A stretch of 64,000 nt of DNA from Octopus vulgaris (taxonomy: Eukaryota). This document shows, piece after piece, positions 56,198 through 64,000 of this stretch; the stretch's first letter is position 1; each line of letters starts with the position of its first letter. The notes under the pieces were generated by a model. It searched no databases. It saw only the letters and a list, made by a program, of their open reading frames with translations, and was not told the DNA's origin. A program made the position numbers and the translations under genes. Location: positions 71,734,001 through 71,798,000 of the forward strand of contig OX597816.1 of assembly GCA_951406725.2 (NCBI GenBank). Direction: 5' to 3'.

Positions 56198-56240
<43 letters not shown>

Positions 56241-56260
56241 AATAGATAGATAGATAGATT

Positions 56261-56306
<46 letters not shown>

Positions 56307-56310
56307 GAGA

Positions 56311-56372
<62 letters not shown>

Positions 56373-56379
56373 TAGATAA

Positions 56380-56442
<63 letters not shown>

Positions 56443-56443
56443 T

Positions 56444-56476
<33 letters not shown>

Positions 56477-56496
56477 AATAGATAGATAGATAGATT

Positions 56497-56528
<32 letters not shown>

Positions 56529-56596
56529 AATAGAGAAATAGATAGATAGATAGATAGATAGATATGTTTCTTTATTAGCCACACAGGGCTGCACAC

Positions 56597-56690
<94 letters not shown>
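56138..56690. repeat. (GATA)n/(GA)n compound array
   Basis: Directly visible. Confidence 0.95.
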
Positions 56691-56691
<1 letters not shown>

Positions 56692-57373
56692 TTAATACAT
56701 AACGTTACTTGTAACTACTTACACGAGATAATATGATTCAAAATATTACGTAATATTTAACTGCACGTTAAATAAATATAATTCCACCTAGTAAGTGGAA
56801 TTTCGTATACTCCATATATGGTATTATATTACGTAATGCATGGTATAATTGGAGGCGCGTGGCTTAGTTGTTAGAGTGCTACACTCATGATCATAAGATT
56901 GTGGTTTCGATCCCTGGACCGGGCGTTGCGTAATTTTTTTTTAGCACAGCTCTTCATTTCACGTTGCTCCAGTCCACTCAGCTGGTGAAAATGAATAACC
57001 CTAGCACGGACCGGCGCCCCGTTCAAGGGAAGAGTATACAAGGGAATGTCGAGAAGTTCCTGGTTTTAGGTGAAAGAAAGTACAGGAGGATCAGTTAACT
57101 ATGATTTTATTCAACATATTCCCCTCTCTGATTTACACACTTATCGCAGCGGTGCTTCAGGTTTTTCTAAACCCTGTAAAAGAACTTGGAAGGTTAGGCC
57201 TCCAACCAGGCCTTTCGTGACACCCTTAAGGCCAGGAACTTTTCTGTACACCCCCGTATATTCCAGAGAAACCATGAAACCGGTTTCTTACGGAGTAATG
57301 CGAACTAAACAGTGCATGAAATTACTCCAATTAGGAGAAGCATGGCTTAGTGATTAGGATATTGTGTCCTTGA

Positions 57374-57604
57374 AAGGCGGCGAGCTGGCAGAAACGTTAG
57401 CACGCCGGACGAAATGCTTTGCGGTATTTTGTCTGGCGTTACGTTGTGAGTTCAAATTCCGCCGAGGTCGACTTTGCCTTTCATCTTTTCGGGGTCGATA
57501 AATTAAGTACCAGTTACGCACTGAGGTCGATGTAATCGACTTAATCCCTTTGTCTGTCCTTGTTTGTCCCCTCTATGTTTAACCCCTTGTGGGTAGTAAA
57601 GAAA
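57374..57604 (+). mobile_element. Young SINE-A (tail A) nested in a SINE-C head, perfect 19-bp TSD
   Basis: taggatattgtgtccttga at 57355-57373 and 57605-57623. Confidence 0.95.
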
Positions 57605-57984
57605 TAGGATATTGTGTCCTTGACCTTGTGCAGGGCTCTTCATTTCAAATTGTTCTGATTTACTCAGCTGAAAATGAGCAATTTTCTCTCCCTCCAACTG
57701 TCACATACCTGATCTAGGTGGTGTGTTGTGTTCTTGAGCAAAACACTTCGTCTAACGTTGCTCTGCGATCACTTCGACATCTGAGACATGGCACACACTG
57801 TGCACCTCTTCAGACAACGTCGATTTAAGGGAGAGAGTGAGCGAATGTGCGGTACGAACGTTTGATCATTATCAACAAATCATTTGTACAGGTCGTTCGG
57901 CAAAAAAACTGAACGCTCATACGTCGTCTTTGACGGGAGAGTCCATTGTTATTATAATTATAGGGCGGTTATAAGATGATTTTA

Positions 57985-58500
57985 AATTTTTGGCACAAGG
58001 CGCGCGGGAGGAGGTAAATCAAATACATCAATCCAAGTGATCAGCTGGTACTTATATTATTGACCCCGAAAGGAAGAAAGGCAAAGTGAACCACGGCTGA
58101 ATTTGAACTCAGAACATAAAGATGGACGAAATGCCGTTAAGTATTTTGCCTGGCGTGCTAACGATTCTTTTCTACTATTGGCACAAGGCCCGAAATTTTG
58201 GTGGAGAGGGCCAGTCGAATAGCTCGACCCCAGTACGAAACTGGTACTTAGTTTATCGACTGCGAAAGGAAGAAAGGTAAAGTCGACCTCGGCGGAATTT
58301 GAACTCAGAGCGTAAACAGGGGGTGAAATACTGCTGAGCATTTTGCCCGGCGTGCTAACGATTCTGCAAATTCGCTGCCTTAACAACAACAATGGTTTCA
58401 ATTTTTGGCCCAAGGCCGGTAATTTCAAGTGAGTGGGATAAGTCGATTACTTCGATCCTCGAGTTCAACTCATACTTATTTTATCTCTCGCAAAAGGATA
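57985..58500 (-). mobile_element. SINE-A cluster (dimer plus fragment)
   Basis: Minus-strand junction tagtagaaaAGAATCGTTAGC at ~58157-58177. Confidence 0.85.
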
Positions 58501-58539
58501 GAAAGCTAATATCCTTCCCTTTTGTGTTGCAATTCCATA

Positions 58540-59194
58540 CAGTAAGCCCTAGCCATATCGCGATTCACCTATCGTGCACTAAGTAGATCGCGGTTCACCT
58601 ATCGCGCACTCAGTACATCGCGGTTCACCTATCGCGCACTCAGTGCATCACGATTCACCTATCGCGCACTCAGTGCATCGTGATTCCCCTATCGCACTCT
58701 CAGTACATCGCGGTTCACCTATCGCGCACTCAGTCCATCGAGATTCACCTATTGCGCACTCAGTACATCACGGTTCACTCGTCGTGCACTCAGTACATCA
58801 CGGTTCACCTGTCGTCCATTCAGTACATCGCGGTTCACCCATCGCGCTTTCAGTACATAGCAGTTCACCTACCGCGCACTCAGTACATCGCGGTTCACCT
58901 CTCGTGCACTCAGTACATTGCAATTCACCTACCGCGCACCCAGTATATTGCGGTTCACCTGTTGCGCACTCAGTACATCGCGGTTCACTTATCACGCACT
59001 CAGCACATAGCGGTTCACTTATCACGCACTCAGTACATCGCGCATTTTTCTGGCTAATATATGTAAATTCATATCGCGGACTCCCAAGTATATCCGGGTT
59101 TCTGCGGCCGAGAGATATTTCTATGGTTTTAGATTTTAATTATTTGTGTGGGAGGTTTTAGAACGTAACACCCGCGATAGACGAAGGATTACTG
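58540..59194. mobile_element. Tigger/pogo-like MITE containing a 30-bp tandem array
   Basis: TA|cagtaagccctagccatatcgcg ... cgcgatagacgaaggattactg|TA; ~16 units of cagtacatcgcggttcacctatcgcgcact at 58555-59042. Confidence 0.85.
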
Positions 59195-59375
59195 TATACT
59201 ACATGCTATAATTCTATGTCATTTTGTTCTTTACATGATATATGCGCTTACTGAACGCTACATGCCCATTAAAGAGGAAAAACCTTATTAATAATAGCTC
59301 TGTTCTTTTCGTACCTGAGTATATAATCTGATCGTAATTTGTATCCAAATCTAATAATAACTCATCTTCTAATAA

Positions 59376-59630
59376 GGTGCATGGCTCAGTGGTTAGAGCG
59401 TTGAGCTCACAATCATGAGATAGTGAGTTCGATTCCCAGACTCAGCTGTAGAAATGAGTTGCTACGTCACTGGTACCCAGCTATATAGGTGTATGCCTTT
59501 CCCTTGGATAACATCAGTGACATGAAGGGAGGCCGTGACTGCTGGACTTATTGTCTCGGAAGGGAACTTTCATGGTGCAATCCCTTGGTCATTCCTGAAC
59601 GAAGGGGTTCTTTACCCTTAACTTTTTACT
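59376..59630 (+). mobile_element. SINE-C with long tail
   Basis: catggctcagtggttagagcg..gagttcgattccc head; tail homologous to 12421-12620. Confidence 0.8.
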
Positions 59631-59879
59631 CTAATAATAATTCATATTCAGAAACAAAGAGAAAGCCAGGTTGATATATTATTTACAGAAACTTAGTGAT
59701 GCTTGTGTGTTTATTGTTCATTAAAACCAATGCTGTGTGGTCTGGTGGTAAGAGTGTTCGACTTACCATCGTAAGTTCGAAGGTTCAATTTGTATACCCG
59801 GTAACATGTTGCGTCCATAAGCGGGGTACTTTGCTTCACGTTGCTCTCCTCTGAGTACAAACCGGGAGGAAGGAGTCCA

Positions 59880-60745
59880 TTGGGTGCAGCCGTTTTGCAG
59901 GCGGGGAATTTGGCGCAGCTGACTGGGTGTTCGGCCTGTTTTGGCGACAGTACTTTTTGGCGCGGGAGGAAAACACGCGCACGTGCGTGCAACCACATAC
60001 ACGCACATACACGCACATACATACAAAAGCATGCACACGCAAGAGAACATACACACATACATACACATACACATACACACACGCAAGCGCGCACATACAT
60101 ACACATGCATGTGCGCAGAAATATACGCATACAGATTGAGAGAGTGAGAGAGAGAGGGAAGAGAGACATTATACATACAAACATAACTAGATTTTCACAC
60201 ACACATAGAGAGAGGGAGAGAGAAACAGAGAGAGGGAGGGGGAGGGAGAGAAAAGGAGAGGAGAGAGAAAGTTACAGAAATATTAAAATGAGTGAAACAT
60301 TAAAACATCTCATCTCTCTATATATAAACAGCAAAATGTTTGTCTGTGTGTGTGTCCTTTATACAAATCCACAATTTTTCAGTTAGAGGGCTCGCACTTT
60401 CTATGGTCATTCAAAACCGTCCAAGGGTGGTCGTGCACATCTTTACATTTCCCCAGTCACCCCGCAAAGCCATTAAAAGATCAATAGAAGTGACTTTTTT
60501 GTTAATTTTCTATCCAAAAACCCAATAAAAATGCCCGAAACTTTATACGCCAATTGAATGCCAGCTAGCTGTATGTGTTTGGTCGGAGATTTGGACAGTA
60601 CTCGTGTGTATGTGCGCAGGCACGCAGCTGTATATGCATGCACTAGCAGTATGACCCGGCGTTACCAGGTCATAGTGCTAGTCTCAAATAAGTCAGTGTC
60701 AAATCAGCGACGCCAAAAAAGCAGCGCCGAAATATCTCATACACC
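59880..60745. mobile_element. Second, inverted copy of the 52534-52975 element, interrupted by a Helitron
   Basis: ctgactgggtgttcggcctgttttggcgac is the reverse complement of 52897-52926; catacaaacataactaga is the reverse complement of ~52786-52803. Confidence 0.65.
60313..60681 (+). mobile_element. Non-autonomous Helitron
   Basis: A|TCTCTCTATATATAAAC start; terminal palindrome ctagcagtatgacc..ggtcatagtgCTAG|T; no TSD. Confidence 0.85.
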
Positions 60746-60861
60746 TAGCTGGGATTTGGTGCAAATGTGCCGATAGATCAAGGATCAAGGGCTCGAGAGA
60801 ATATCGATGTCTACTCACGATTAAAAGCGGAACCTAAAACAAGTGACTAGGGTATGATACC

Positions 60862-61092
60862 TATTTCTTTACTACCCACAAGGGGCTAAACACAGAGGGG
60901 ACAAACAAGGATAGACAAACGGATTAAGTCGATTATATCGACCCCTGTGCGTAACTGGTACTTATTTAATCGACCCTGAAAGGATAAAAGGCAAAGTCGA
61001 CCTCGGCGGAATTTGAACTCAGAACGTAACGGCAGACGAAATACTGCTAAGCATTTCGCCCGGCGTGCTAACGTTTCTGCCAACTCACCGCC
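60862..61092 (-). mobile_element. Young SINE-A (tail A), 11-bp TSD
   Basis: ggtatgatacc 60851-60861 and ggtgtgatacc 61094-61104. Confidence 0.93.
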
Positions 61093-61199
61093 TGGTGTGA
61101 TACCAGTTACCCAACACGCTTGCGAGTGAGGGCTGGCACTACTGTATTGTATTGAAATTTATGTCAGATTTGTTGGTTCAGTACGACAGCACAGTCTGC

Positions 61200-61276
<77 letters not shown>

Positions 61277-61290
61277 CCACAACAACAACC

Positions 61291-61322
<32 letters not shown>
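61200..61322. repeat. (CAA)n microsatellite
   Basis: Directly visible. Confidence 0.95.
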
Positions 61323-61323
<1 letters not shown>

Positions 61324-62346
61324 TCCATACGCTACTGTTACATTACATTCTATATATTACATACTTTTCTAATTCCATTACGTGCTGTTTCTAACTCCAT
61401 ACATCACATAATATAATTTCATAAACTACGTAATATATGGTTATAAGTACATGGAACATATTACGTGATGTACATCCATATATTACACAGTTATCGCTTG
61501 AACGTAACCATTACACACTTACACTCACCAATTTCCCCCGTATAAATCTTTCATTCATTGTAATCACAAGTCTAATTGGTTAATATCTTCTGCATATAGT
61601 TTAGTTCGTTCATACGTGAGATGGTTATATTAATCTGAAGAACAGCAGAATTATTCATCGTTTTCATACGAATTTGTTGAATTCTGGGAGCCAATCTTTC
61701 ATTTTAGAGTTTGTCTATTATTGTTCGTCGCTCTCTTGTATGAGTTTCGTTTCAGAGTTTAGCTACGATTGAATGTAACTTAAATGTATAAAACGAAATG
61801 CTGATTGCTACTGACGCCGTCGTCTGATATCGTTGCTGTCGTTGTCTTTATGTTCGATGTAATGGAAGGCCCGTGGTCTTGTGGTTAGAGTGTTTCGATT
61901 TCTAGACCGGCTTGTGAGTTGTGTTCCTGAGGTAAAACCCTTCATTTCATGTTGCTTCAGTCGAATCATTCGTAACCCTGTAACCTGAATGATTCTGCTG
62001 TTAAGGGGAAATGTTGTGATCTTGGCAACTTACATGCCATGGAAACCTGGCCACCGGCCCTATGACTCCTAGGTCCAAGGGATTTACGTTACGTATTCGA
62101 TGTCGTCGATGTTTTCGTCATCGGTGCCGCTGCCACTGGCACCAATTCTGCTGCTACTATTGTTTTTGTAACCGTTTAACTGCTGATGTTCATGTGGTTT
62201 TAGGCCCAGCAGTTTTCAGGTTCTCAAATTTACAAAGACCATGCTCCATCAAAATAATAATAATAACAATAATTGTATTGAGTTGCCTGCCATCTTTTTT
62301 AAAGGAAAGTCACTCTAGAGTTGGCTCCCATGACAACAAAAACACA

Positions 62347-62383
<37 letters not shown>

Positions 62384-62739
62384 ACATAGTCACGCACACA
62401 TACATATATACATACGTACGTACGTACATACGTACATACATACATACATACATACATACATACATACATACATACATACATACATACATACATACATACA
62501 TACATACATACTTATGTAGCGGTACACAGAGTTGGAAATTGTGTTGGCCGAATACAGAATGCGGAAAAAAGGACAAACCAAGATACACGGATCATTCGCA
62601 GCCAATTGCCTCTTCAGTCAGAGTCCGGAATATCCACGTAGTTTCGCCCACTTATCTCTGATACTACTCGAAACCGGCTGGGCCAAGGACTCAAGCTAAA
62701 AGCATTAACCCCCTGGGCAAGACAAACGAGTGTACATAC

Positions 62740-64000
62740 ACAAAAACAAATAAGTAAACAATAGAAAGGGTTCCCTTGGAATATGCCTTTGCAATTCTGT
62801 ATTCTGTCAATGATAATACAGTCACTCTTTATGTTTAATTTCAAGATGGTGACCCACGATAAAGTCAGATCAGCTATGGCTTTGACTATGTTCACTTGAA
62901 CTTTAGCAAGTTGAAAGGCTTCTAACATCCATGAGTAGAGATCAGAGTCAAAGGCTTTCTTGTAGTCTAGCCACACTGAAACTAGGTTCCTCCTATGCTC
63001 TGGCACCTCTGACATCACGGTTTTGTTGATTAACAATTGCTCAGTACATTCCCAGACTCTCTTCTTCCCAGTTGCTTGTTCTGCTGTGATAATGTTATTG
63101 GTTTTACAATGGTCCTGGAAGAAGAGGTTTAAGCATGCTGTATATATCTTATACATTAAGTTCCGACATGCAATTGGCTGGTAGTTTTTTGCCATGTATG
63201 TGGTTCTGCATTTGCGGATCAATTTTGTCTCTGCCAGAGCTAATCAGTGTGGTATGTTTATGTTCCGATTGAGAGCTTGCAGGAACAGATTGATTAGATA
63301 TGATCGGTAGAATGTTAGCTTCTTATACCAATATCCAACAATCAAGTCTCTTCCATCATGAAGTTTCTGAATTACAGTTGCAAGAGTTTCGCCGTCAATG
63401 TTGTGTCTTGGGCGTAATGCAGGAGCAATAACTACTTCGTATATCTTCCTGCCACAGAGTATCTTGCTTAATCTCCTTCACTTCACTTCACTCCAGATTT
63501 TCCTCCAGAAGGCGTCTGTGTCTTCTCGTGAAGGAGCTTCTGTGATGTTCACTGCTCCTCCTCTCATGTCTCTGTAAACAGCTGCCTGGTTGCGGTTAAA
63601 TTTTCTGTTTATTGTTCTCTCGGTTATTCTCTTTTGATGTCGGAGTTTTTCACTGACAGCTTTTAGCTCCTGCTTGAGGGTAATCCGTTTGCAAATGAGT
63701 GTCCTCCTTTTGCTGTGTCCAAACATCATTTCTGTCTCCTTCTTTACTTTCTGTTGGTGAGACGTGTAATGATTTGCTTGTTTGCATGTAATAAGTATCA
63801 TTACATGACTGTTGGTCTTCCATAAACCAGTTATCTTTTTCTCTGTCTTCAAAATCCATGAAGTATCCAGAGCTTATAGACTGGCGTTAATCTCCCAGAA
63901 TGTGGATTCACCACAATGCTGTAAATAATCACCTCCAATTTCGTTAACAGCTTTTAATACCGCATCAGGCGGTTTTTTTTACTTACTTTGGTAGAGAATA
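62740..64000 (-). pseudogene. R4/Dong-like non-LTR retrotransposon RT pseudogene (runs off the window)
   Basis: FWRKIW, NYQPIACRNLMYKIYT, EQLLINK, VWLDYKKAFDS, KGIFQG motifs; stops and frameshifts; truncated after the QG motif. Confidence 0.88.

Noticed and set aside
58555-59042. CRISPR-like periodicity (also the 15-bp and 184-bp arrays)
   Set aside because: Head-to-tail tandem units with no unique spacers, no cas genes, eukaryotic context.

Overview
AT-rich, microsatellite-saturated animal genomic DNA. The tRNA-headed SINE families and the overall repeat mix look like an octopus (coleoid cephalopod) genome; this is recognition from memory, not a database result. I see no intact host protein-coding gene, rRNA, true tRNA or CRISPR array. 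Almost all ORFs in the track come from simple repeats, so the window is probably intergenic or inside a large intron. It contains decayed Tc1/maT/pogo DNA transposons and MITEs, non-autonomous Helitrons, Penelope-like elements (PLEs), CR1-, RTE-, R4/Dong- and HERO-like LINE fragments, three abundant SINE families (here called A, B, C) and several minisatellites. Four signals stand out. (1) Several PLE-type minimal hammerhead-ribozyme motifs, repeatedly caught in fold-back structures; the best is a 71-bp-arm palindrome at 22630-22777. (2) SINE-A has interchangeable 3' tails whose target duplications start with tail-specific motifs (GGTAT vs AAT[A/G]T), and it builds head-less concatemers by joining its tail to its own internal GGTAT. 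(3) The SINE-B tail matches the 3' end of a CR1-like LINE in the same window. (4) Satellites are arising from MITE subterminal units. Coordinates were read by eye; repeat boundaries may be off by a few to tens of bases.
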